Positions 52,279 to 63,766 of a DNA stretch of 64,000 nucleotides are shown here, in pieces. The notes below the pieces were generated by a model. That model made no database searches. It was given only the letters and a program-made list of their open reading frames with translations, and was not told the origin of the DNA. This DNA is from Lama guanicoe (taxonomy: Eukaryota), in the NCBI GenBank assembly GCA_013239625.1, contig MU053376.1:2096507-2160506 (forward strand), given 5' to 3'. Each line of letters starts with the position of its first letter. Position 1 is the first letter of the stretch. Made by a program: the position numbers and the translations under genes.

Positions 52279-52434
52279 TTTTTCTTTTCTTTTTTCGTTT
52301 ATTCTTTTTTGGGGGAGTGCGGAGGTAATTCAGTTTACTTATTTGGTTTTTTTTAGAGGAGGTACTGGGGATTGAACCCGGGACCTTGTGCATGCTAAGC
52401 ATGTGCTCTACCGTTGAGCTGTACCCACCTCCCC
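52279..52434 (-). mobile_element. tRNA-Ala-derived SINE (Vic-1 type)
   Basis: T-rich tail, GGAGGTAATT tail motif, GGGATTGAACCCGGGACCTTGTGCATGCTAAGCATG head; degenerate TSD CATTAGGCAAATAT / CATTCAGCAAATGT. Confidence 0.88.
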
Positions 52435-52764
52435 ATTCAGCAAATGTTTAATGGACCCTCCCATGTGCCAGGAGTTGTTCTGGGCACTGCATCAGTCTCT
52501 GCCCTTGGGAAGCTTACATTCTGAGATGAAGCTGCAGGGATGTGTGCTGATCTTGACAACCAGAGCAATCGTGTCCAGATGGCAGCCAGGCTGGGGGTGG
52601 GGCGTGGGGAGGGACTATCAGGAAAACCTCCAGGGGAGAGTACATGGATGCAGCTTTGCAGAGGGCAGAAGAGCAAGCAGTGTCCTGGGCCTGCAGTAGA
52701 CAGAGAAAGAGAGGGAGGGAGTCCATCTAGGACTGAGAGGGTTGGGGGGGGTGGTCTCTGGGGC

Positions 52765-52873
52765 TAAGGTAACTAAATGTGCTGGTTTGCCAGGACCATC
52801 CTGATTCTGGCACTGAAAGTCCTGCATCCCAAGAAAACTCAGTCCCAGGCAAACCAGGACAGCTGGCCACCCT
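52765..52873. mobile_element. MER81/MER94-like small hAT element
   Basis: Imperfect inverted ends AAGGTAACTAAATGTGCTGGTTTGCCAGGAC ... GTCCCAGGCAAACCAGGACAGCTGGCCACCCTA. Confidence 0.65.
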
Positions 52874-55800
52874 ACCTGGGGCTCAAGAGCTGGAAGCACC
52901 ACTGACTTATCCATGGGACACAAGTGAGCATGGAATACTTTAGGGGCCCAGAAAGATGTTTTAATTTCTTTTAAGATCAGGAGGAAAAAATGAACTTTTA
53001 GGTTGAAGAAAGTATTTTAATGTATGACATTAATCTATTTGTCTTTGTAGCAATGCTGTAAATCATAAAATACAATTTCCAATAATTTCTTTATGGAGAA
53101 AAGGGCCCACAGCCCCAGTGATGAAAGTGCTCAGGATGTACAAGAGTCGTAATGTGGCCCAGGCTGAAAGGCCTGTCAGGGGTCAAGGTCAAGGCAAGAG
53201 GACTCTTGCATGGTGGTCAATCCCCACCAACCAAACTTCCCTTTGCCCTGCCAGACAAATGACTAGAGGTGAGGTGGTGGTTACCGTGGAAGTGCACCAG
53301 CTACCGTTTATTGAATGCTTATTGTGTGCTTACACTGTGCTGAGCACATCCAGATGCACGACCTCATTCCACCTCCCCAGTAAATGTATAAAGAAGGTCT
53401 TAATATCTGTGTTTCACCAGCAAAGAAATCTGTCTCAATGAGACCGACTTGCCCATGTTCACAGAAGACCAAGGGTATGGCCAGCAAAGGCCAACCCATG
53501 GCCCCATGTGAAGGCAGCATGACCTAGTGGGTTATAACACACCTCCTTCATTAAATTATTTCAGCATTAAATGACAGTGTGGCTGCGAAGCCCTGAGAGG
53601 GCCTAGCTGTTGAGATTTTTATGATTCTAATGAGGCACTGCAGGCCTTGAACCTAAGTCACCGTGTCTCCAAGGCCACAGGGCTCTCCCAGCCTCCTGCC
53701 TGGGGCTCCTGCTACCCCAGATGACCTGCTCCTGCCTGTAGACTGAGATGGACACATGGAAGAGTGAGGGACGCCGTGCCTGGGCTCCAGGACATGTTGA
53801 CAGCCCAGGGAATCTGCTGGCGTGACACCCACACACACAGAGCAAGACTGCCGAGGTTCAGACCCGGTTGCACTGTGCTTGTTCCGGGGTCCACAGCGCG
53901 TGCACCTCTGTCTTCCGTCCCCAGATAACCTGTGGGCTCCGAGGACAGGGACCACACCCAGTGGTTTCATGTCCCAAGGTGCCTTTCACAGTCCTCAGCC
54001 CATAGACAATTCAATCAGTTCCTGTTGGCTGACTGTCTACATTGACCATCTGCTCTGTATTTTGTCTTTGGGGACTTTAGACTCCTCCCAGTTTCTCAAA
54101 TTCCTCCCACCCTTTTTTTTTTTTTCACTGCTTCTCTGCATCCTCCCAAGGCAGCTCAGATTCCACATGGTTCTGCTCATAAGGGTGGCTCCATGCTTCC
54201 TTCCTTCCTCTGCTGGAAATAACCTATCGGAGAACACAGTTTAGGAGGTTCTGAACCTTTTATTTTGGGACATTGGACAGCTCCATAGAGAGACTTGTGG
54301 GAATCAACCCCTTCACTGCCGTGGGTGTGGCTGGGGAAGCCAATCCAAAACCCGGACCTGGGAGGGGGCCCTTTGGCGAAGCCCTGTGGGGCTTCCTCTT
54401 TCCCATCTGTCTGGGGCCATCATAAAGGGGCCAGTGAGCCTTGAATGCAGTCTGGGCATCGAGCGGGGCGTCCTGAACCCAGCCGAGACAGACGGGCCCC
54501 TGCCCCTTTCCTTCAGGGGGTCCTAGTTCAGACACGCCGACCAGAAACCCCCGGTGTGCGGGGCCAGCCCCGCTGCAGGGCAGCAGGACGCAGCGGAAGA
54601 CATCTGCAGATGGTCGCTCTCGGTCAGTGGGTGCCTGGGGCTCTCCTCCCTGACAGAGGCCTGGAGGTACCTTCCACCCAGGGGGCAGAAGACTTGCTGC
54701 TGACAGATTTGCTCAGAGCTAAGAAAAAGGAAATGTGGCCGAGGCTCATGGTGACCGGCTTCCGGGGTAGTTTTTGTTTTGTTCTCTTGAGCCGTGTGAG
54801 TTCAGAAGGTGTGGACCTGCTTGAGCTTGGCGAATATGGGGTCTGGCAGGTAAGTAGAGAAAGCCAGTGGCAAGTGAAGAGAAAAGTAAAGTCGTAGAGA
54901 AACATTTGGAACGTTCTTAGCGCTGTTTTCAACCCGTCGTCGCTGCTGCAGCTCAGACAAGCCCAGCTCTGCTCCGAGAGCCCCCATCCCCACACCCAGT
55001 TCTCTGAAATAGAAGAGGAAGCAGTGATGAAAGAAACCACCTGTCATATCTTCTATGTAAAATCTTACTTGCTGCAGAAGGGCCTTAGAGCTTCTCTGGA
55101 TGAGGAAATGGAGGCCCCGGGAGAAGAAGGAGTCTCCAGAGGTCACAGGTCATTTGATGCTCTTGTGTTTATTCTCACCCAGAAGCTGCAAAGAGCTGAG
55201 CCGTGGGCTGGCTTCCAGCCCAAACCCACAGCCCCTCCGCGGTCCACACCTTCTGCCCCTTGGGGTGCAGGTCAGTGTGAGGTCCTCCCGGACCTGACTG
55301 GTGTCCACGCTGGGCTCTGGGCTGGGAATCACCCTCCCTGGTCCACCTTACCTCCTCCCTGCCACACAATCAACACAATCTGATGCATCCTTGGAGGTCA
55401 GCCCAGGGCTCCGCTGAGCCCTGTGGGGGATGCAAAGGAAGCATAATTATCAGATATCATGTCTGACTCCCTCCAAGGAGCATCTCGCTGGGGAGATGGG
55501 ATTCACACGGGTGAGACAATAATTAAACAATAAAAAGCAGCATTTAATTAGATGCTAAATGTAGCCATACGGGCTGTGAAGGCATCTCTGTAGGTCCTTG
55601 CCGTGGCGGAGGTAACATTAGCAGGCAGCGACAGAAGTCCATGGCCCCTGGAGATTTGCAGCTTTGCTGCGACAGAGATCTGAGGCTTTGAGTCCGTGGA
55701 GTGGTGCCTGGGAGTGAGTCCCTGAGCCAGTGAGTGAATCTGGCTGCCCACCTGCATCCTGTCCCGGCCAGCTTGTTGCCTCCTCTTTGGGGAAGGGAGG

Positions 55801-56174
55801 AGAGAAAGCAGAACTCCAATGAAGTGATAAAGCCTTCATCTTCTTGTGAAAAGTGTCCATTATGTGCGAGTGAAGTTGCCAAGCACCCACCCGCTGGTGG
55901 TGGGAGGCAGGACACAGGAAACATCTGATTCTCGACCCAAGTGTGGTATCAGGAAAAAGGCAGGGACCAGTGCAAGCCTGCATATACCTTTCTCCATCTG
56001 CAAATTAAGATGTCAGGGATCTAAGAGGGTAGGAGAGCAGAGAATGAGGGGATTGCTGTGGGCCAGAGAAATTTCACTGGGAAACGACGCCGAGAAGACA
56101 GAACTAGGGGAGATGGAGGCTATGTATTCTAGAGAGACTGCACAACAACAGTGCAGAGCAGAGATGGGCCCATG

Positions 56175-56345
56175 GACCAGAGTCATAATTAAATAAATTT
56201 TTATCAAAACACAGCCATGCTCCTCCTTTGGCTGCTCTCTGCTGCGATGGCAGAGTTAAACAGCTGCAGTGGAGGCTGGATCACATGCAAAGCCTGATAC
56301 ATTTGCTACCTGGCCCTTTACAGAAAAAGTTTCCCAACCACTCAT
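56175..56345. mobile_element. MER58-like hAT MITE fragment
   Basis: AAATAAATTTTTATCAAAACACAGCCATGC...GGCAGAGTT...AAAGCCTGATACATTTGCTACCTGGCCCTTTACAGAAAAAGTTT. Confidence 0.75.
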
Positions 56346-57034
56346 GTAGAGAAAGTAATGAACAAACCCTGTGGCACGTGGGCCAATCCAGAGGAAGTGC
56401 TCAAGGAAAGTGAGAAATGAGGCTGGCTCACAGGAGGAGGACTTTGTACACCTGGAATGACAGTCACAGTTCATGCCTCTGGATGGGTTCGATCGTTTCC
56501 CAAATACCCATTATCTTGTTTGGCTGTACCTTGACATCCATCCTATGAAACAATAAAGGGATTTTTAGAGATGAGGACACTGAGGCTTAACGATATTATC
56601 CGACTCTTTCAAGATCACTTAGTAGTGGGAGTCAGAACCCAAACGCAAGTTCATTCTGCAGGTGGTGCCTGAGCCTCCACTGTGTGCCAAGCTGGGGCTG
56701 GGCTCTGCGACTCCCTGGTGAACAAGACAGGTGCAGGTGCTTCCCTCCCAGAACTCAGTCCACACTGAAACCCAAGACTCTGCACTGAGATCCTTAGCAG
56801 AAAGTAAGACCTTTTCTCCCCCTGAAGGTAATGGGAGACCAGCTAAGGTTCTTAAGCAAGCATTATCTCTTTCATGCTTCAGGGCCACCGGGCATAGAGA
56901 AGAGATAGAAGGATGGTGTCATTAAGGAGGGTCTGTCTAGTTGGGAAGAAAAACCAAGGTGGATGGTCTCCATGGAAGTTAATATAAGTAGATGCATATT
57001 TCAGTGCAGGATAGTACAGTGTTGGCTTTAGATG

Positions 57035-57190
57035 TAGGTTAGCTTTTAACCTTGCTGGAGCTCAGTTTCCTCATGTGTGAAATGGGTATAATTAAACCAT
57101 TCCTCATAAATTTGTGATGGGGATGAAATGAGCTAGTATGTGCTAAGTGAGCAGAACGGTGTTTAGCGCACAGTTAGGCAGTAAATGACA
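57035..57190 (+). mobile_element. MIR SINE
   Basis: CTCAGTTTCCTCATGTGTGAAATGGGTATAAT...TTGTGATGGGGATGAAATGAG...GCACAGTTAGGCAGTAAATG. Confidence 0.7.
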
Positions 57191-58377
57191 GTAAAGGACC
57201 ATGGTTGTCATCCTTCAGGGCTGGGGTGGTCAGAGAGACCTTGCCAGATGAAGGACTTCAGACAGGCAGACAGGAGTCAGATGATGAAAGCCACGGGCAG
57301 GAGGAAGAGGCTGACAAGCTTAAAAAGAGGGAGAGTGGAATTTCTGGCAAAAATGAGGTTTGTGTGATTTAGGTCCAGAAAAAAATGGACATGAGTGTAT
57401 CTGATGGTTCTAGCATGGAGGGGCCCACAGTCTCCTCAGCCCACTGCTCACCCTGGGGGTCCTGTCGTTGCTAAGTGTTTTCGTGGGCTGCCCTATGCCC
57501 AGCTGGGGAGACTGAAAGCCACAGGCTTCACTCAGAGTCTCTTCTTGTCAGCTCACTGGATCACCTGCCAATGACCCAAATTAAGACTTTACACATGTCA
57601 TTGATTAGAATGCAGAGTTACCCAGTGTTTGGGTTTTTTTTCTCTTAAAATAAAGTAAAATTCAACTTAGGGCAGATCTGCTGTAAGATAGGTCCTGGAC
57701 CACAAGAGGTTGGTCCTCTTTATTTGGGTGTCACGGGTATTTTAATTGAAAAATTTGAGGATGACTGTCTGAGCGGGTAATCTGTGCTCTGGCTCCTAGC
57801 ACGCAGCCCCTTCCCTTGGCTACAGACGAACAACCCCGAGAGTTAAGCGAGGACACAGCCTTTCCATGGCTTGGGGCATATGAGCACAAACCTACCTTTC
57901 ACCAGTGCCCTGAATGAGCTGGGTGCTTTGGGATCAGCTCAGCCATCTGCCACCAATGCCAGGGGCTTAATCAGAGCAGGTGCATCCCGTGCGAGGTGCA
58001 GCAAGACGGGTAAACGTCCTAGGAGAGACAGCTCAGAGCCAGTGCCTGTATCTTTACAGTCATAGCAGAGTGAGTTCCCCATTCTGTCTCCATCTTGGGC
58101 CACCCCAGTAGACAAAACTTTGTCTGCCTGGTTTCCAGCTCTGTACCCATAGATGGAGACAAATCCTTCACTTTGAGGACTTGAGAATCTGGCAGGTGAA
58201 TGGAAATTGGGGTCTTTGACTTATTTTTTGAAGATTCCAGTATTACTGACCTGTTCACACGCTGGATATTGCCTTTTCGGTAAACCTTTGGGGCAGTGGG
58301 TATCTGTGGGTGCCAGTGTGTTCACTCTGCAGCTGGATGGGGACCTTTGAGGTCTGAAATTGCTTGGGACGGGTCTG

Positions 58378-58563
58378 TACTGGGTATTCTCAAACATTGC
58401 TGCACACCAGAATCACCTGGGAGTCTTTTTTAAAAAATCCCTATGCCCAGGCTGCACCCCAGACCAATTAAATTGGAATCTCCAGGGTGGCGCCCAGGCG
58501 TTGTGTTTCTAAAGATCCCCCAGATGAGTCCATGTGCAGCCAAGTTGAAGCACCGCTGGTCTA
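58378..58563. mobile_element. MER5A-like hAT MITE
   Basis: TTCTCAAAC...CAGAATCACCTGGGAG...GCCCAGGCTGCACCCCAGACCAATTAAAT...AAGTTGAAGCACCGCTG. Confidence 0.8.
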
Positions 58564-60929
58564 GATTTTCCACCATCTCTCAGATGGGAAAGGAGAGCGA
58601 GCTCTCCTGGCTGCCGCTGGCCGGCTAATGGGCTGGCCTGCTTTGGAAGGTAATTCACTCAGTCCACAGGTCAGATCTTGTGTGCCCGGTCTGGTGTGGG
58701 CAGCAACCTGGGGCGCTGCTGTCCCAGGGTAAGAGCTCCTGGCCCTCGCAGACAGGGTGGTGAGGTGAGGATGGCCGCCTCTGCGTCAGTCCTGCAAAGG
58801 GTGCCCATGGCCGCTTGCATCACTTCCCTAGGTTTGTGGTGGGAAGGGGAACAGATGGGTTATCTGCTGAAGGAGAAGAGAACAGGAAGAAAAAGCCTTC
58901 CATTAAGACAGCTCTGACTCTTGCTGTATTCAAAACCAGGCTGGAACCCTGGCCTTTGAAAGCCAGCACGATCTGCCTTTCCTTACAGCGAAATGGGCGT
59001 AGCTCACTTGGAAACTATGAGAGATCTTCATTGGCTGTTGATTTATTAACCCAGGGACCCTCACAATAGAGCTTCACATTCCTCGTCCCCTGACCCCCCT
59101 GAGACTCCACCCCCAGCCCCCACCCTTCTGGGTACATCTCTGTGGGACCAGATGGGTTTGCTGCCTCTGGGAGCTTCTAGTCAGAAAGACCAGTATCTGG
59201 TTACCATTACTTATGCCCCATCCTGTCTGCCTCTGAAGTAAGTAGGCTGATGCTCCTTAGGAGTTAATAGCTGTCTCATATTCATCTATAAAAAATAATT
59301 AAATGATGGAGAGAAAACCCTAAAAGCTCCTGGAAGATTTCTCACAATGAGGCTCACACCACTTGCTGCTCAGCTCAGGCAGACAGGAGATGCCCCAGGG
59401 GAGTGCTTCCCCTTGGGTGGTCCTTGATGGAAGCGGGGCCCTGTTCCAGAGACTTGAGTGGTCACAAAGAAAAAGGGGGGGCCCCTGCATCCTGGCGGCC
59501 GCCTCCTCCAACCAGAGGTTAGAAGTCCCCCCTTGACATCTTTGCAGGTGACACAGTGTCCCAGGCCCTGAGGTCCCCGGGGCCTGACGCACCGATCACA
59601 TACATCTTGGATGAACATTTCACAGGCCATGTAATTATAGGCCTTGGGGTGGCAGCTGCTCATCCCAGCCCTGCGGCATGGGATTTCAGTGACCATTCAC
59701 TCTGGGAGTGGCAGGAGCGGCCGTCCTAGGGTGGCCACGTGGTGAATTGAGAAGAGTGTGGGCTCCAGACTTCAGTGGACTTAGTTCCAGGCCACACACA
59801 GACGCTTACTAGCAGTGGGACCACAGGCATGTTTCTTAACCTCTCTGAGCCTCTGTCTTGTAATTACATACTTGGTATGTAAGAGAAGGGATGTGACTGT
59901 CCAGCGCTGTTCTGATCAGGATCCTTGAGGACGAGGACAGAGGGCAGCAGATAGGCCAACGGAAGATGCTGTGATGGAAAAAGGATGTCAGCTGGCCTCT
60001 GTGCTGAGGGATGGGTGTGGGAGGCCCCACTAGCTCCCCTCGGCAGTCACAGAGCCTGGCATCTTATCAGAAAGTGGAAGGAGGAAGTGAAGGCATCCTG
60101 CTGAGTGTGACATGTTTCCCACGAGCAGGCGTGCGGGAGGCAGGAAGGCCGGGCAGCTCTGCTGTGGGTGACCAGTGTGTTCCGATGGGTGGTGTTGTGA
60201 TGACTGCGTGGCTGTGAGATTCCCCAACCAAACCAGACACCCACAGGACCGTGCTGGGTGCTGCCGTCAGAGAGGCAGAGGGCCCGTTTCCTCATTTGCC
60301 AAAGGACAATCCTGCCCTGCCCTGGGTCCACCAGACTTCTAAGCCCTGGCAAGTTCTTGGTGGGTTTTGACCGACCTGTTTATTTCCTCAAACTGTAGCT
60401 CTGGCACTGCTGGCCGCACAGGGACAGCATGAGGACTATACAGGGGCAGCGGGTGGAAATGGACTCAAGAGAAACCCAGGGAACTGACAGTCAGGTGGAG
60501 TTGCTTAGAACCCCAGAACTGTCCCCTGGACTGTCTCCACAGGGTGAAGGACATTGCCCTCCATCTCCTTGGCTTCATTCTTCCTGACCCTTCCCTGGAG
60601 GGGGGCGGGGAGGACACCAGGGGAACCTGTGAGAAGGATAAACGGTGATGCCATGGGAAGAACACAGCAGAATGGACCTGGAGTCCCCTTTCGTTCTGCA
60701 CAGACTGAGCGTAGGGCTTTAGGCACATTACCAAACTCTTCTTAGTCTCAGTCATCTCACCTGTGAAATGTGGGTAATAAACTCTGTCTCACAGTTTGGG
60801 TTCTGGGGATTAAATGGGATAATGCATGCCAGGCACTTGGCCCAGACGAAGTGCTGAGTAGACGCTGGCTACAATTATCAGAGAAGGCTACAGCCTCCTG
60901 CCCCCACCAGTTCACACATTCACTGGATA

Positions 60930-61018
60930 AATATATATGTGTGTGTATATATGTATGTATACGTACATATGTGTATATGTGTATGTATATGTACGTATGT
61001 GTGTATGTGTATGTATAT
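60930..61018. repeat. Compound (TA/TG/TATG)n purine-pyrimidine alternating repeat
   Basis: ATATATATGTGTGTGTATATATGTATGTATACGTACATATGTGTATATG..., about 90 bp. Confidence 0.88.
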
Positions 61019-61601
61019 TATTATTTGCAAAGCACTGTAGCCAGTGACATGGGGCCTGAACTGACATCCATGTGCCCTTGGTCCTCTCGATCTGGGAGAA
61101 TCGCTGTCATTGCCGTCAGCCTATGCTGGGACCACGTGTCTATTCCTGACTCTCCAGCTCTATCATTACTTCCCTGAGGAGGTGGACCCTGGCTTACATT
61201 TCTTTGCATCTCCCGTAGCATCTAAATGCATCTTTCTGCAGCAGTCCCCCATGAGCAAAACAGCTCTGCTGCTTGGCCAGAGTCATACCCAGTGCCTGTG
61301 TGCCAGGCCCTTTCCCACAGGTCTTGCAGCAAGCCTGAGGGATAGGTGTTGCCCCATTTCACAGGTGAGGAGCCTGAGGCCGAGAGCGATGTCAGTTACT
61401 TCCCCAGGGGTGGCTGGCTAGGCCGTGGCCCAGCTGGGATTTGACCTTCGATTGTTTTCAGCCTGAGTCCACGTGATTCCTTTACACCACGTGGAGCTGG
61501 GGCTCACGCTTGGTCAGATTGGCCTTTGGGAGGGCGTGGCGGTTCCCTTTCTCATCCTGAGAACCCCTGTACACCCACCTTCACATCTGTGTCTGTTCCA
61601 G

Positions 61602-61715
61602 AATGTCTGTAAACCCGCAGAGGAGCCGCAGTGCCCACCACCCACGCTGCAGGAGATCAAACAGAAGATCGACAGCTACAACACCCGGGAAAACAACTGC
61701 CTGGGCATGAAGCTG
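61602..61715 (+). CDS. RASSF5: RASSF5 first common exon (N-terminal extension of the RA domain), 114 nt
   Basis: tgtgtctgttccag|AAT ... CTG|gtgagt; translates NVCKPAEEPQCPPPTLQEIKQKIDSYNTRENNCLGMKL. Confidence 0.97.
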
Positions 61716-61765
61716 GTGAGTGCGCGCCCCACCCCGCTCTCCATCCTGGGGACAGGGTGGGGGAC

Positions 61766-61862
61766 CCTCCCCTCCCCCTCCCCTCACCCTCCCCTCCTCC
61801 ACTCCCCTCCCCATTCTCCCCCAAGCTCCCTTTCTCCACCCCCCTACCCCTCACCCCCATCC
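61766..61862. repeat. C-rich low-complexity pyrimidine tract
   Basis: More than 10 CCC(C) runs separated by short T/A spacers, just after the 61715 donor. Confidence 0.85.
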
Positions 61863-62903
61863 GGTGTGGCTCCCCTGCTTCCCTCTGGATTCTGGGGCCA
61901 CGCTGGAGGTCCCTCCCCTTTCTTGGGGCCTCTGGAAGCCTCAGAGGTTGTGTGAAGCTGAGAGTCCAGGGTGTAGGGGCCTCCATGTGCTTTAGGCAAA
62001 TAGAATGGGCTTTAGAATAAGATCCAGATCCAATCTCTGGCTCTTCCCCTTTTTAACTTGTGGCTTTGGGAAACTTTCTTAACCTCTCTGAGCTTAAGTG
62101 TGAAATAGAGATAGCAGTGCCCTTTTGTCAAAGCTTTTGTGGGAGCTGTGACTCAGGGCCCTGGAGGTTCCTCCTCCTCCCCTTCTTGGTGGCTGCACAG
62201 TTACAGCCTGTGTCCGGGGACACTTCCTTAGATCTCAGAGAGGAGAGGGCACCAACTTTGTGCCAGGTTGGGAAGGGCTGTATTCAGTGGGGAGGAGAGC
62301 AGACGGTAGGAGAACCCTGCCCCCTGCTGGTGGCTGGCAGCAACTAGCACTTTGGGGCTTCATCCAGACTAGGCGCCAGGAAATCCAGTGGCAGGTGGGC
62401 CCAGGTTTAAGTGTTGCAGGCTGCCGGATTTTGGAAAGAGATGCAGGAGGAAATCCAGTGAGCTGGCTCTCTGAGGACCTTGTTAGAGAGCCTTCCTGTT
62501 CCTCTGTGGTTTGGAAGGGCAAATTAGAGAGGCTACTCCAGGCCCTGCCTCCTGGTGTGGGGACTCACCAAAGGCGATCAGCACCTGTCTGGTGGCAGGG
62601 GGATTTGGGACAGGCAGCCTGAGCCTCTTGGGAGGGAAAGCCATAGTGGCCCCACGTGCAGCTGGATACCGTGGGCCTTCTCCTGGTCCAATGTGGGGGA
62701 ACAGTGTCTCTGCCCCTCCAGCACTCCCGGGTGAGCAGAGGCAGGGAGGAACTCAGCGAGACAGGTAGGGGGCTGACTGGGGTGGCACTGCCATTAGGAA
62801 AAGCCCCTGTGGCCCCTGGGACCTGGGGCTGTGGCCCAGAGTGCAGATAGGATCAAGCAGAACAAACCCGCCCTGACCCCACACGACCTCCCACCCCTGG
62901 CAG

Positions 62904-63201
62904 AGTGAAGATGGCACCTACACGGGTTTCATCAAAGTGCATTTGAAACTTCAGCGGCCGGTGACTGTGCCGGCCGGGATCCGGCCCCAGTCCATCTATG
63001 ACGCCATCAAGGAAGTGAACCTGGCAGCCACCACGGACAAGCGGACATCCTTCTACCTGCCGCTGGATGCCATTAAGCAGCTGCACATCAGCAGCACCAC
63101 CACGGTCAGCGAGGTCATCCAGGGGCTGCTCAAGAAGTTCATGGTCGTGGACAATCCCCAGAAGTTTGCACTTTTTAAGCGGATACACAAGGACGGACAA
63201 G
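62904..63201 (+). CDS. RASSF5: RASSF5 exon encoding the core Ras-association (RA) domain, 298 nt
   Basis: ctggcag|AGT ... CAA G|gtagga; translates SEDGTYTGFIKVHLKLQRPVTVPAGIRPQSIYDAIKEVNLAATTDKRTSFYLPLDAIKQLHISSTTTVSEVIQGLLKKFMVVDNPQKFALFKRIHKDGQ. Confidence 0.98.
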
Positions 63202-63650
63202 GTAGGAGAGAGCGAGCTCCCAACCAGAAACTCCCCTTCCCACCTCTCTTGGAACCGCAGTCCAGCCACCCACGTGGCATCGGGTCTGTGGAAGGACCAC
63301 ATGTGGGTTCTGCCCGCCCTTGGTGCCCCTCCCTCCACATGTGACTTCAGGAAACCACACCCTGGGCTCTCACTTCCTAATCTGGTGAATGGGACAGACC
63401 CCGCCCCACCACTCCTGCTAATCTTTTGGGGGATGATGTGAATGGAAACATGCTTCCAACTCCAGCAGACGCCAAAGATAAAGGTGGTTACCCTGTTTAT
63501 TCTCGTCAGGTTCATGTCATTAGGTTAAAAGGATGGCTGCTTTCAGTTAGAAACACCCAGCTCTGCATCTCCAGTTCTGTCCCCACCCATCCTGGGCCCC
63601 TGCCCTTCTTTTTCCGAGACCCGCGCCCAACCCCCTGTCTTGGTTTCCAG

Positions 63651-63766
63651 TATTCTTCCAGAAACTCTCCGTGGCTGACCGCCCCCTCTACCTGCGCCTA
63701 CTCGCCGGGCCCGACACGGATGTCCTCAGCTTCGTGCTCAAGGAGAATGAAACAGGAGAGGTGGAG
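63651..63766 (+). CDS. RASSF5: RASSF5 exon encoding the end of the RA domain up to the SARAH domain, 116 nt
   Basis: tcttggtttccag|TA ... GAG|gtgggt; translates (V)FFQKLSVADRPLYLRLLAGPDTDVLSFVLKENETGEVE. The phase-1 start matches the end of the preceding exon. Confidence 0.97.

Noticed and set aside
62853..63515. 220-aa antisense ORF
   Set aside because: Shadow of the RASSF5 RA exon on the opposite strand.
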